Source: a bacterium (GTDB taxonomy: Bacteria; UBP6; UBA1177). From it: a stretch of DNA of 64,000 bases. The notes below the pieces were generated by a model that made no database searches, had not been told where the DNA came from, and saw nothing but the letters and a program-made list of their open reading frames with translations. Positions 1-10,281 of this stretch are shown in pieces. The DNA lies in contig JAGCUA010000069.1 of the NCBI GenBank assembly GCA_017963125.1, positions 87,723-151,722 of the forward strand, in the 5' to 3' direction. A program made the position numbers and the translations under genes. Within the stretch, counting starts at the first letter, position 1. Each line of letters opens with the position of its first letter.

Positions 1-606
1 CTGGGCGACTTTTTCGAAAACTTCTTCTGCCGCGGCCTTTTCGGAAAAAATGTCGGATTTATTGAGTTTTTCAGTTATTTTTGCCCTTTCTTCATCAGTT
101 GCCTGAACTATTACGGCAAGCTGAGAGATCAAAAGGAAATATATCGTGCGGTAGCTTTTTTTAAGATTGGAAAATATCTCGCTCCTTTTCTGACCGACAA
201 AAGGCTGAAGATCATCGTGAAGAAAGAAAAGTTTCGCCGCTTCGGGTTTTATCGAAAGAAATTCCGTCGCATAAGGCTTCAGAACTTCCAGAACCCGCTC
301 CCTCGGCATACTCAGAATCACTGAAAAGAGGAATTCCTTTCCGTCGTACTCCTTCATTCCCTTTTTCATATCGTCGCTTACTGCGCTTTCGACTTTAAAG
401 AGTGCGGCCTTCGACAGATTTCCTAATAAATTCATCGATTTGTCAGTCCAGACAGAACCTTTTGAAAGAATTATGAAAAAAGGTTCTCCGCTATTCAAGA
501 CATTTATTTTTCCCGAAAATCCGCATGATGAAAGCAGTGAAAAGAGCTTTTCAAACCTGATGTGGAGCTTTTTTTCGCTGTCGATGTAGGGAGAAATAAA
601 ATCCAT
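1..606 (-). CDS. hypothetical protein, N-terminal 202 codons only (ORF runs off the left edge of the window)
   Basis: Absent from the ORF track because it has no stop inside the window. Minus-strand ATG at 606-604 lies 2 nt after the stop (611-609) of the upstream gene. I checked every codon down to position 1 and found no stop. Begins MDFISPYIDSEKKLHIRFEKLF. No family recognised. Confidence 0.5.
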   Translation of the reverse strand, partial: MDFISPYIDSEKKLHIRFEKLFSLLSSCGFSGKINVLNSGEPFFIILSKGSVWTDKSMNLLGNLSKAALFKVESAVSDDMKKGMKEYDGKEFLFSVILSMPRERVLEVLKPYATEFLSIKPEAAKLFFLHDDLQPFVGQKRSEIFSNLKKSYRTIYFLLISQLAVIVQATDEERAKITEKLNKSDIFSEKAAAEEVFEKVAQ

Positions 607-608
607 GG

Positions 609-2258
609 CTATTCGAGGAAATTGCCTTCAAGTGCAGAAATAAGCTTTCCTCTCTCTTCGTCAAGTTTATCCTGAACTTTCTGCTGTTCTGCTCTGAAAT
701 CCTTCTCGCGTTTCGTTTTAAGGAAGGGCTTTGCAACTGCCGGGAAAAGCTCGAGAAGAAGTTCTTCCTTTTCGTTTGCAGCAAGTTTAACACCGCCGAA
801 TTCGTCCAGAGTTTCGTTTACCTGTTTGACGTGTTTCGATGTGTCGTAAGGCTGTTCCTCGCGTTTTCCCGAGATTTTTTCACGGAAAGCGGGGTCCACT
901 GGCCACGGCGTATGACCGTAACCGCCTTTGACCAGATTTACGAACTGTACTGACGTGTTTTCGTACATTGCCTTTCCGGAATTGAGGTTGATGACGCAGC
1001 TTACAGCCTGTGTGCCGACGATCTGGCTTGTCGGAGTTACAAGCGGAGGAACACCTGCTGCAAGGCGGACGATAGGAACCATCTCCATAACTTTCGGAAG
1101 AAGGTGCTCAATTTTTCCAGCCTGAAGCTGAGCAAGCATATTGGTGTACATTCCGCCAGGAATCTGAGCCATTCTGACAACTTCGTTCGGTTTCGGGAAG
1201 TTGAAGTAACGCTCTATCTGCTGCGTAAGGTCGGTGACTGTATCGGTGTCGCCTTTCTTTGCCGCTGCAATAGCGTCGTCGAAAAGTTTTTCTACATCAG
1301 CCGGAAGTTTGTCTGTCGGGTCGAAATCCTTCGGGAAAAGTTTGTATTGGTCGAATTTCGCAAGTTCTTTCCTGATTTTGAAAAGCTCGGTTCTGATTTC
1401 TTTTACCGCAGCGAGATCAACATTCGTCTCAAGTCCGAGTTTAGATGCGAAAACCTGAATCAGCTCGAACGCCGGAGCCGCAGGACCGCCGGCAAACGGC
1501 ATGATAACGCTGTCAACGATATCAACATCGTTGACCATAGCCATGAGAACGCTGCCCAAACCGTAGCCCGGAGTGCAGTGAGTGTGCAGATCTATCGGGA
1601 TCTTGACCGCTTTTTTGAGTGCCGAAATAAGTTTTGCGCTCATTGCCGGATTGATAAGACCTGCCATATCCTTGATCGAAATCATATCGGCACCGGCTTT
1701 TTCAAGCTCGACCGCCTTGTTTACGAAATAGTCGATTGAGAAAAGGTTGTCAGGCAGTTTTTTGCCGCTGAACATCGCTTTGATTTTATCTTTCGTCGAG
1801 AATTTAGGATCGACAGTGTAGCAGATGCAGCAGTCTGTCATTCCGCCGTTCTCTTTGACATATTTGATTGTCGAACGCATGTTGTCGATATCGTTCAGAG
1901 CGTCGAAAATACGCATAATGTCAATACCCGATTTTATCGCGTTGCGGTTGAAGCCTTCGATTACGTCTTCGGGATAAGGATTGTAGCCGAAAAGGTTTCT
2001 GCCGCGTGAAAGAGCCGTAAGTTTGCTTGCATCGCCTACTCCGGCTTTAACTTTTTCAAGTCTGTCCCACGGATCTTCACCGATGTAACGCATAACTGAA
2101 TCGGGAACCGCTCCGCCCCAGACTTCCATTGCATAAAAATGAGCTTTGTTGAATGATTTCAAAAGTCTGTCGACCTGATTCTGATTCATTCTTGTCGCGA
2201 ACTGCGACTGCTGACCGTCTCTTAAAGTGAGGTCTCTGATAAGAAGTTTTTTTGCCAT
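609..2258 (-). CDS. carboxyltransferase subunit (oxaloacetate decarboxylase alpha / pyruvate carboxylase B / transcarboxylase 5S type) without a biotinyl domain
   Basis: 549 aa. N-terminal LIRDLTLRDGQQS and DLHTHCTPGYG match the HMGL-like TIM-barrel carboxyltransferase fold. No AMKM biotin-attachment motif is present. The C-terminus is a charged coiled tail. Confidence 0.8.
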   Translation of the reverse strand: MAKKLLIRDLTLRDGQQSQFATRMNQNQVDRLLKSFNKAHFYAMEVWGGAVPDSVMRYIGEDPWDRLEKVKAGVGDASKLTALSRGRNLFGYNPYPEDVIEGFNRNAIKSGIDIMRIFDALNDIDNMRSTIKYVKENGGMTDCCICYTVDPKFSTKDKIKAMFSGKKLPDNLFSIDYFVNKAVELEKAGADMISIKDMAGLINPAMSAKLISALKKAVKIPIDLHTHCTPGYGLGSVLMAMVNDVDIVDSVIMPFAGGPAAPAFELIQVFASKLGLETNVDLAAVKEIRTELFKIRKELAKFDQYKLFPKDFDPTDKLPADVEKLFDDAIAAAKKGDTDTVTDLTQQIERYFNFPKPNEVVRMAQIPGGMYTNMLAQLQAGKIEHLLPKVMEMVPIVRLAAGVPPLVTPTSQIVGTQAVSCVINLNSGKAMYENTSVQFVNLVKGGYGHTPWPVDPAFREKISGKREEQPYDTSKHVKQVNETLDEFGGVKLAANEKEELLLELFPAVAKPFLKTKREKDFRAEQQKVQDKLDEERGKLISALEGNFLE

Positions 2259-2269
2259 GATTCACCTAT

Positions 2270-3052
2270 TTAAAGTTTTTTGTAAATTTCAACAAACTTA
2301 TCGCTTCTCTTGACGACTGAAATTTTGTCGAGCGAGCATGAAACAAGCCCTTCAAGACCGCAGCCGCCCTCTTTTGTCTGGATTTGTTCAAGATATTCAT
2401 CATTGGAAACTGTAACCGCATCGCTGTAAACGATACCGCCTTTAAGGAAGTTGATGTCGCCGTAAAATTCGAGTTTTTCCGGAACGAAAACTTCGCGTCC
2501 CAGATTCAGAATTCCGAAATCATATGACCAGAATTTGCCCTGGAAACGGATGTCGTGAAGCGAAAAAACGGTTTTTGTGTTCTGCAGTGGCTCTTCCTTA
2601 CAGTAGATTTCGCGCAGATAGACGGGAACAAGCGCTGTGTGCCAGTCATTGCAGTGAATAATATCTGGACGGAAGATTTTAGCATATTCAAGAACCGCTC
2701 TTGAAAAGAACACAAAACGCTCCGAATTGTCGGGATAATCACCTGTATCATTGCCGTAAAGCCCGTCCCTTTCGAAGTAAGGATTTGCAACAAAAACGAC
2801 TTTCGCACCGCTTTCTTCATGTATTGCTTCAAAAATCTCGGCTTTCTCGAATTTCTCGCCTACCTGAACTTCAAATGAAACACCTGTCGGAGTTACATCG
2901 AACTTCTTTCTGTTTATCGCACTGAAAAGTGGAAGAACACATACGACTTCGCACTTTTTCGAAACCGATCTCAGCATTTTGGCAACAGAAGCAGCCATGT
3001 TTCCGGTCGAAACCATAGGTTTCAGTTCCGATGCAGCAAACAAAATTTTCAT
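2270..3052 (-). CDS. glycogen/starch synthase-like protein, N-terminal (GT5) half only
   Basis: 260 aa. Aligns by eye with the GlgA N-terminal Rossmann half: DIIHCNDWHTALVPVYL, TVFSLHDIRFQG, INFLKGGIVYSDAVTVS. It ends at the inter-domain boundary. The KTGGL motif is replaced by STGNM. Confidence 0.6.
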   Translation of the reverse strand: MKILFAASELKPMVSTGNMAASVAKMLRSVSKKCEVVCVLPLFSAINRKKFDVTPTGVSFEVQVGEKFEKAEIFEAIHEESGAKVVFVANPYFERDGLYGNDTGDYPDNSERFVFFSRAVLEYAKIFRPDIIHCNDWHTALVPVYLREIYCKEEPLQNTKTVFSLHDIRFQGKFWSYDFGILNLGREVFVPEKLEFYGDINFLKGGIVYSDAVTVSNDEYLEQIQTKEGGCGLEGLVSCSLDKISVVKRSDKFVEIYKKL

Positions 3053-3059
3053 AATTTAC

Positions 3060-4334
3060 CTATAGTCTTATAAATTCTTCGTTGTTCATGTATTTTTTAA
3101 GAACTTCCGGAACTTTGACCGAACCGTCTGCCTGCTGGTAGTTTTCGATGATAGCAACAAGCGTTCTGTCGATCGCAAGGCCAGAACCGTTGAGGAGATG
3201 GACAAGCTCAGGTTTCGACGAAGCGTCTCTTCTGAACTTGATGTTCGCCCTTCTCGCCTGGAAATCGCCTGTGCTCGAGCAACTTGAGATCTCGCGGTAA
3301 GTCCCCTGCCCCGGCAGCCATACTTCGATATCGAAAGTTTTGACTGCGTTGAAGCCCAAGTCTCCGCTGCAAAGGCAGACGACGCGGTAGTGGATCCCGA
3401 GACCGCGGAGGATCTCCTCGGCATTGAAAAGGAGCTGGTCGAGTTCTTTGAGCGACTCTTCGGGACGGCAGAATTTGACAAGTTCGACTTTGTTGAACTG
3501 GTGAAGACGGATAATTCCTTTCATATCCTTGCCGTAACTTCCCGCTTCGCGTCTGAAACACGGAGTGTATGCCGCATATTTGAGCGGAAGAAGAGCATCG
3601 TCCAGGATCTCGTCGCGGTGCATGTTGACAAGGCTGACCTCTGCCGTCGGGATCATGAACATGTCGTCAGTCGTCTTGTAGGCATCGTCTTCGAATTTCG
3701 GAAGCTGGCCTGAACCGGTCATCGTCTCGCGGCTTACCATAACAGGCGGAACGATTTCGGTGTAGCCGTTTTTCGCAGCGTTTTCAAGCATATAGTTCAT
3801 AACCGCACGCTCTAAACGGGCCATTTCCTTCTTGTAGATTATAAAACGCGAACCGCTGAGTTTTACGCCGCGCTCGAAATCGATCGTATTTGTTGCAATG
3901 TCAAAATGTTCTTTCGGCTGGAAGTCGAAAACGGGCTTTTCTCCCCACATCGAAACGACCGGATTCGCGCTGTCGTCCTTGCCGAGCGGCGTATCGTCAG
4001 CCATCATGTTGGGGATCGAAAGGAGGATCGTGTCGATTTTATCCTCGACTTCCTTTACCAGCGGACCGAAAGCCTTCACTTTGTCGCTGAGTTCCTTGAG
4101 CTCGTCTTTGATTGCCGCTTTTTCCTCGGCAGTACCGTTTTTCATAACGAGCGGCATCTCTTTGGAGCGGGTCATCTGCTTTGCACGGGTCTGCTCCGAT
4201 TCGGTGATGAGCGCCTTTCTTTTTTCGCTGAGTTCGATAACCTGATCTACGACTGTAATGTCTTTGAAATTCCTGTTCTGAAGGTTGAATTTAACCTTTT
4301 CGGGGTCTTTAAGTATCAACTTGATATCAAACAT
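3060..4334 (-). CDS. serS: seryl-tRNA synthetase
   Basis: 424 aa. N-terminal coiled-coil arm, class II motif 2 (CFRREAGSYGKDMKGIIRLHQF) and motif 3 (GSGLAIDRTLVAIIEN). Confidence 0.95.
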   Translation of the reverse strand: MFDIKLILKDPEKVKFNLQNRNFKDITVVDQVIELSEKRKALITESEQTRAKQMTRSKEMPLVMKNGTAEEKAAIKDELKELSDKVKAFGPLVKEVEDKIDTILLSIPNMMADDTPLGKDDSANPVVSMWGEKPVFDFQPKEHFDIATNTIDFERGVKLSGSRFIIYKKEMARLERAVMNYMLENAAKNGYTEIVPPVMVSRETMTGSGQLPKFEDDAYKTTDDMFMIPTAEVSLVNMHRDEILDDALLPLKYAAYTPCFRREAGSYGKDMKGIIRLHQFNKVELVKFCRPEESLKELDQLLFNAEEILRGLGIHYRVVCLCSGDLGFNAVKTFDIEVWLPGQGTYREISSCSSTGDFQARRANIKFRRDASSKPELVHLLNGSGLAIDRTLVAIIENYQQADGSVKVPEVLKKYMNNEEFIRL

Positions 4335-4439
4335 TTTCCACCTCTAAATAAAAAAACCGCGATATGATAGGCAGAAAGGGTTCATTTGCAAGTTTTTTGG
4401 AAATCCTGAAAGTGTCGGAAAATTTTTTCATTTTTCTCC

Positions 4440-4468
4440 TTGACTCTGCAATTTTGTGTATATAAATA
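4440..4468 (+). promoter_or_regulatory. sigma70-type promoter upstream of groES
   Basis: TTGACT at 4440-4445 followed by an AT-rich TATATAAATA block at 4459-4468. Exact -10 register is ambiguous. It lies about 70 nt upstream of the groES ATG. Confidence 0.45.
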
Positions 4469-4536
4469 ACGGCGCTTTCGGGAAGCATTTCCCAGATGTT
4501 GTTAATTTTATTTAACTTTTTTATAAGGAGGAAATC

Positions 4537-4824
4537 ATGAAACTTAAACCTTTGAACGACAGAGTCATCGTTAAGAGAGTAGAAAGCGAAACAAAAACAC
4601 TCGGCGGGATCATAATCCCCGACACCGCAAAGGAAAAACCGGTCGAAGCTGAAGTTATCGCAGTCGGAACCGGCAAAATGCTTGAAAACGGCACAAGACA
4701 GCCGATGCAGGTTAAAGTCGGCGACAAAGTCCTTTTCGGCAAATACAGCGGCACCGAAGTAAAGGTCGGCGGCGAGGAACACCTCATCCTCAGAGAAGAC
4801 GACATCCTTGCAGTAGTTGAATAA
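4537..4824 (+). CDS. groES: co-chaperonin GroES
   Basis: 95 aa. [16 protein letters not shown]...[20 protein letters not shown] Shine-Dalgarno 6 nt upstream. Confidence 0.97.
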   Translation: MKLKPLNDRVIVKRVESETKTLGGIIIPDTAKEKPVEAEVIAVGTGKMLENGTRQPMQVKVGDKVLFGKYSGTEVKVGGEEHLILREDDILAVVE

Positions 4825-4841
4825 GAGATTGATTTTATTAA

Positions 4842-6503
<1,662 letters not shown>

Positions 6504-6530
6504 GTCTAACCTCCTTAGTCTTAATATTTC

Positions 6531-6558
6531 AGGCGGTCTTCGGGCCGCCTTTTTTTTT
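6531..6558 (+). terminator. intrinsic terminator after groEL
   Basis: AGGCGGTC-TTCG-GGCCGCCT hairpin followed by T9, 28 nt after the groEL stop. Confidence 0.85.
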
Positions 6559-6635
6559 GCCTGAAAACCCTCAAGAAGTTTTGCAATCAGCTTTTAATGT
6601 GCTATATTCGCGCGGTTTTTTTATTGGAGGATTTC

Positions 6636-7430
6636 ATGGAAAAAGTGAGCGTTCTGATACTTACAGGCTACGGCATCAACTGCGATGTCGAAACGTCCTG
6701 GGCTTTTGAAGCAGCAGGTGCGGACAGGATCGAAAGAGTCCACGTCAACCGCGTCGTAAACGGCGAAGTCAACCCCGAAGATTTTCAGATCATGGTTTTT
6801 CCCGGCGGCTTTTCATTCGGTGACCACATCGCTTCAGGCCGAGTTTTAGGGCTCAAAGTCAAAAAAGAGATGGGCGAAAAGCTCAAAAAATTCATACTCG
6901 ACGGCAAACTCGTCATCGGAATATGCAACGGTTTCCAGACACTCGTCAAAATGGGCGTTCTCCCAGGCGACGAAAAGGAAGTTTTCAAAAAACAGGTCGC
7001 GACCCTCACCCACAATGACTCTGCTAAATACGAGGACAGATGGGTCCGCATCAAGGCAAACCCGAACAACCCGTCGCCGTTCCTTCAGGGGATCGATATT
7101 TTTGATGTCGCGATACGCCACGGTGAAGGCAAATTCATCGCGCAGCAGCATGACCTCAGAATGATAAAAGACAGCAACATGATCGCCTTCCAGTATGTTG
7201 ACAAAAACGGCGAGATCACGCAGCACTATCCCGAAAATCCGAACGGATCGGAACTTGCGATCGCAGGTATCACCAACAAAAAAGGCAACGTTCTCGGCAT
7301 GATGCCGCACCCCGAAGTTTTCATCAACGGTACACAGCATCCCGAATGGACGAGAATGGATAAAATGCCCGAAGCTCTCGGGCTCAAACTTTTCTCCAAT
7401 GCAGTCAGGTACGTCAGAGAAAAATTATGA
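6636..7430 (+). CDS. purQ: phosphoribosylformylglycinamidine synthase glutaminase subunit (PurQ-type class I amidotransferase)
   Basis: Start MEKVSVLILTGYGINCD after GGAGG at 6626-6630. Nucleophile elbow GICNGFQ and His-Glu motif MMPHPE. No purL or purS adjacent. Confidence 0.8.
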   Translation: MEKVSVLILTGYGINCDVETSWAFEAAGADRIERVHVNRVVNGEVNPEDFQIMVFPGGFSFGDHIASGRVLGLKVKKEMGEKLKKFILDGKLVIGICNGFQTLVKMGVLPGDEKEVFKKQVATLTHNDSAKYEDRWVRIKANPNNPSPFLQGIDIFDVAIRHGEGKFIAQQHDLRMIKDSNMIAFQYVDKNGEITQHYPENPNGSELAIAGITNKKGNVLGMMPHPEVFINGTQHPEWTRMDKMPEALGLKLFSNAVRYVREKL

Positions 7431-7558
7431 AAAAAAAGCTCCTGATTCTTCTGACCGTCTCAATTTTGATCTCGCTGATCCTGGGAATAAGCGGCGCGCT
7501 TCCGATAATCCACAAATTCAATCTTGAAATTATAAATAAGATTATAGCGCTGTTTTAA
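7427..7558 (+). CDS. possible 43-aa single-pass membrane peptide
   Basis: Below the track cutoff. Its ATG overlaps the purQ stop (ATGA at 7427-7430). MKKKLLILLTVSILISLILGISGALPIIHKFNLEIINKIIALF has a basic N-terminus and one hydrophobic helix. No homology recognised. Confidence 0.3.
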   Translation: MKKKLLILLTVSILISLILGISGALPIIHKFNLEIINKIIALF

Positions 7559-7569
7559 AGGATCTTATT

Positions 7570-10194
7570 TTAGATATTCTTCAATAATTCAGAGAACTTG
7601 TTGAAATCGACTGCCGGAGCTCCGCCCTGAGCCATATCGGGTTTTCCGCCGCCGCGGCCTCCGAATTCGGCAAGGATGTTTTTAAGGATATTTCCTGCGT
7701 GGAACTTGGTTTTTGCCTCGCCCGTCGCAGAAATTATTACAAGCGCTTTGCCTGAATCGTCGCCTACGACCGCAATAACGGCGTTGTCGAACTTAGCCTT
7801 GAGCGAATCGACGAGTTCAAGTGATTCAGCACGGTTTTTGCCGGAATTTATCGCAAAAATCTTGGTCCCCTCTTTTTCGCAGATCGGAGCGAGCGAAGCA
7901 GTCTGCATCGCGGCGAGTTTTTTGCCGGCTTCCTTGAGTTCGCGTGAAAGCTGTTTTGCCGTATCGATCTGTTTCTCGACTCCTTTGACAACAAGCGACT
8001 TCTCGCTGCCTGTCATTTCGGCGATCGAAGTTATCGTTTCGTCGTATTCCTGGAAAAGAGCGAGCGCGCCGAGCCCTGTTACAGCCTCAATCCTGCGAAC
8101 TCCCGCCGCGATCCCTTCTTCTTTCACGATTTTGAAAAGACCGATGTCGCCCGTTGCTCTGACGTGCGTTCCGCCGCAGAGCTCCTTGCTTTCGCCCATC
8201 GTTACGACGCGGACGTTTTCACCGTATTTTTCGCCGAAAAGTGCCATCGCACCCTCTTTTTTGGCCTCTTCGATTCCTTTTACGACCGTATTCTGCGGAG
8301 AGTTTGCCTCGATCATACGGTTTACTTCGGTTTCAACGCGTTTAAGTTCATCTTTAGTCACAGCCTGGAAGTGGTTGAAGTCGAAACGGAGTCTGTCGGG
8401 GCCGACCAGTGAACCGGCCTGGTTGACGTGCGTTCCCAGAACCATCTTCAGAGCGCGGTGCAGAAGGTGCGTCGCCGAGTGGTTGCGCCTTGTTGCGGAG
8501 CGCCTTTCATGGTCAAGCTCCTGCTGAACCGTGTCGCCGGTATTCAGAACATCGAGAACTTCGAGTTTAGCGACTTTTACATCGTGAACTTTTATCACAT
8601 CAACGACTTTCGCCGCGATCTTGCCGTTTTTCATAACTTTGCCGTTATCTGCAAGCTGGCCGCCGGACTCAGCGTAAAAAACTATCGGATCAAAGATTGC
8701 GTAGCAGTTTCCGTAGCTTACGCTCTCTTTTTTCGTAAATTCATCGTCAAAAAGCGCGACTATTTTTCCTTCGCACTCTTCCGTGTCGTAGCCTTTGAAA
8801 ACGGGCTCTTTCATGCCGCCGTCAAGCAGTTCCTTAACAGCCGAAAGCTTCTGTGAATCCATTTTCGCGCTCCACGAAGCCTTTCCGCGCTGCTTCTGCT
8901 CCTGCATCGCCTTTTCGTATTCAGCCTGATTGAAGGAGAAACCTTTCTCTTCAAGGATCGTTTCAGTGAGGTCTGACGGGAATCCGTAAGTATCGTAAAG
9001 TTTGAAAACAAGCTCGCCCGGGAACTCCTTTCTTCCGTTTGCGAGCATCTCTTTCAAGCCGTCGTCAAGCAGAGCCAGACCTTTGTCCAGAGTCTGTCTG
9101 AAACGCGCTTCCTCGTCGCGGACGATGTTGAGGATAAGTTCCTGTTTTTCGACAAGTTCCGGATAGTGGTTTCCCATGATCCTGATGACTTCGCCGCAGA
9201 CTTTCCAGAAGAAAAGCTCGTTGAAACCGAGTTTGTGGCCGTGTCTGATCGCTCGGCGCATGATCCTGCGGAGAACATAACCGCGACCTTCGTTTGAAGG
9301 CGTGATCGTGTCGGCAATGAGGAAAGAAGTGCTTCTTGCGTGGTCTGCAATAACATTGAGACTCGAACGAAGCTCAGCCGGAACAGTCTTTCCGAGCAGA
9401 TTTTCGGTGAAATGAATTAAATCCTGGAAAATGTCGATATCGTAATTCGAAAGTTTGCCGTTGAGTATCGAAGTTATTCTCTCAAGTCCCATTCCGGTAT
9501 CGATGTTCGGCTTCGGGAGCGGAGTCAGTTTGCCTGTCTCGTCGCGGTTGAACTGCATGAAAACGAGGTTCCATATCTCGACAAACCTGCCGCAGTCGAA
9601 GTCGGGCATTCCGTTGTCGAAGAAAGGTTTTTCGGCCTTGAAACCTTCACCCAGATCGTAGTGGATCTCGCTGCACGGACCGCACGGACCGGTATCGCCC
9701 ATCTGCCAGAAGTTGTCGTGCTCGTCAAGACGGAAAATGTGCTTCGGATCGACGTCTGTATTTTTCAGCCAGAGCTGCTCGGCCTCGTCATCCTCTCTGA
9801 AAACCGTGACGTAAAGGCGTGATTTATCGAGTTTGAAAACTTCCGTGATGAGTTCCCACGCATATTTTATCGCATCTTCCTTGAAGTAGTCGCCGAAAGA
9901 AAAGTTTCCGAGCATTTCGAAAAACGTGTGGTGACGCGTCGTGAAGCCGACGTTTTCAAGGTCGTTGTGCTTTCCGCCCGCTCTGACGCACTTCTGAGCG
10001 CTGCATGCACGGGTGTAACTTCTTTTTTCAAGCCCTAAAAACAGCTTCTTGAACTGGTTCATTCCGGCATTTGCGAAAAGAAGAGTGTTGTCTTCTGCCG
10101 GAAGAAGCGGCGAACTTGCAACTTCGGTGTGGCCTTTAGCTTTGAAAAAATCCAAAAAAGTCCTTCTGACTTTGTCTATCGTCCAGTTATCCAT
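7570..10194 (-). CDS. alaS: alanyl-tRNA synthetase
   Basis: Start MDNWTIDKV preceded by AAGGAGGG; the track ORF is extended by 7 codons. HHTFFEMLGNFSFGDYFK, editing-domain HSATHLLH and CGGTHV, DHHA1-like C-terminus. Confidence 0.97.
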   Translation of the reverse strand: MDNWTIDKVRRTFLDFFKAKGHTEVASSPLLPAEDNTLLFANAGMNQFKKLFLGLEKRSYTRACSAQKCVRAGGKHNDLENVGFTTRHHTFFEMLGNFSFGDYFKEDAIKYAWELITEVFKLDKSRLYVTVFREDDEAEQLWLKNTDVDPKHIFRLDEHDNFWQMGDTGPCGPCSEIHYDLGEGFKAEKPFFDNGMPDFDCGRFVEIWNLVFMQFNRDETGKLTPLPKPNIDTGMGLERITSILNGKLSNYDIDIFQDLIHFTENLLGKTVPAELRSSLNVIADHARSTSFLIADTITPSNEGRGYVLRRIMRRAIRHGHKLGFNELFFWKVCGEVIRIMGNHYPELVEKQELILNIVRDEEARFRQTLDKGLALLDDGLKEMLANGRKEFPGELVFKLYDTYGFPSDLTETILEEKGFSFNQAEYEKAMQEQKQRGKASWSAKMDSQKLSAVKELLDGGMKEPVFKGYDTEECEGKIVALFDDEFTKKESVSYGNCYAIFDPIVFYAESGGQLADNGKVMKNGKIAAKVVDVIKVHDVKVAKLEVLDVLNTGDTVQQELDHERRSATRRNHSATHLLHRALKMVLGTHVNQAGSLVGPDRLRFDFNHFQAVTKDELKRVETEVNRMIEANSPQNTVVKGIEEAKKEGAMALFGEKYGENVRVVTMGESKELCGGTHVRATGDIGLFKIVKEEGIAAGVRRIEAVTGLGALALFQEYDETITSIAEMTGSEKSLVVKGVEKQIDTAKQLSRELKEAGKKLAAMQTASLAPICEKEGTKIFAINSGKNRAESLELVDSLKAKFDNAVIAVVGDDSGKALVIISATGEAKTKFHAGNILKNILAEFGGRGGGKPDMAQGGAPAVDFNKFSELLKNI

Positions 10195-10224
10195 AATTCC
10201 CTCCTTAAAAAACAAAACCGCGCG

Positions 10225-10252
10225 ATTGTAGTTTTGTTTGTGCTTTTCTCAA
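10225..10252 (-). promoter_or_regulatory. sigma70-type promoter of alaS (inside repeat copy 1)
   Basis: Minus strand reads TTGAGA (10252-10247), a 16-nt spacer, then TACAAT (10230-10225). It lies about 30 nt upstream of the alaS ATG. Confidence 0.55.
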
Positions 10253-10257
10253 GAAAA
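10229..10257. repeat. 29-bp perfect direct repeat, copy 1 (TAGTTTTGTTTGTGCTTTTCTCAAGAAAA)
   Basis: Identical to 11755-11783. Extends to 34 bp (10224-10257 vs 11750-11783) with one mismatch. Confidence 0.95.
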
Positions 10258-10281
10258 TTCTGACAAACAGCGGCTCGAAAA

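Noticed and set aside
551-793. Small track ORFs overlapping gene junctions, such as 551-793 and 2077-2265.
   Set aside because: They overlap well-supported genes in other frames, have basic low-complexity translations and lack a ribosome-binding site.
4380-4536. Looked for a CIRCE/HrcA operator (TTAGCACTC-N9-GAGTGCTAA) upstream of groES.
   Set aside because: No match or near-match by eye. Only a sigma70-like promoter is visible.
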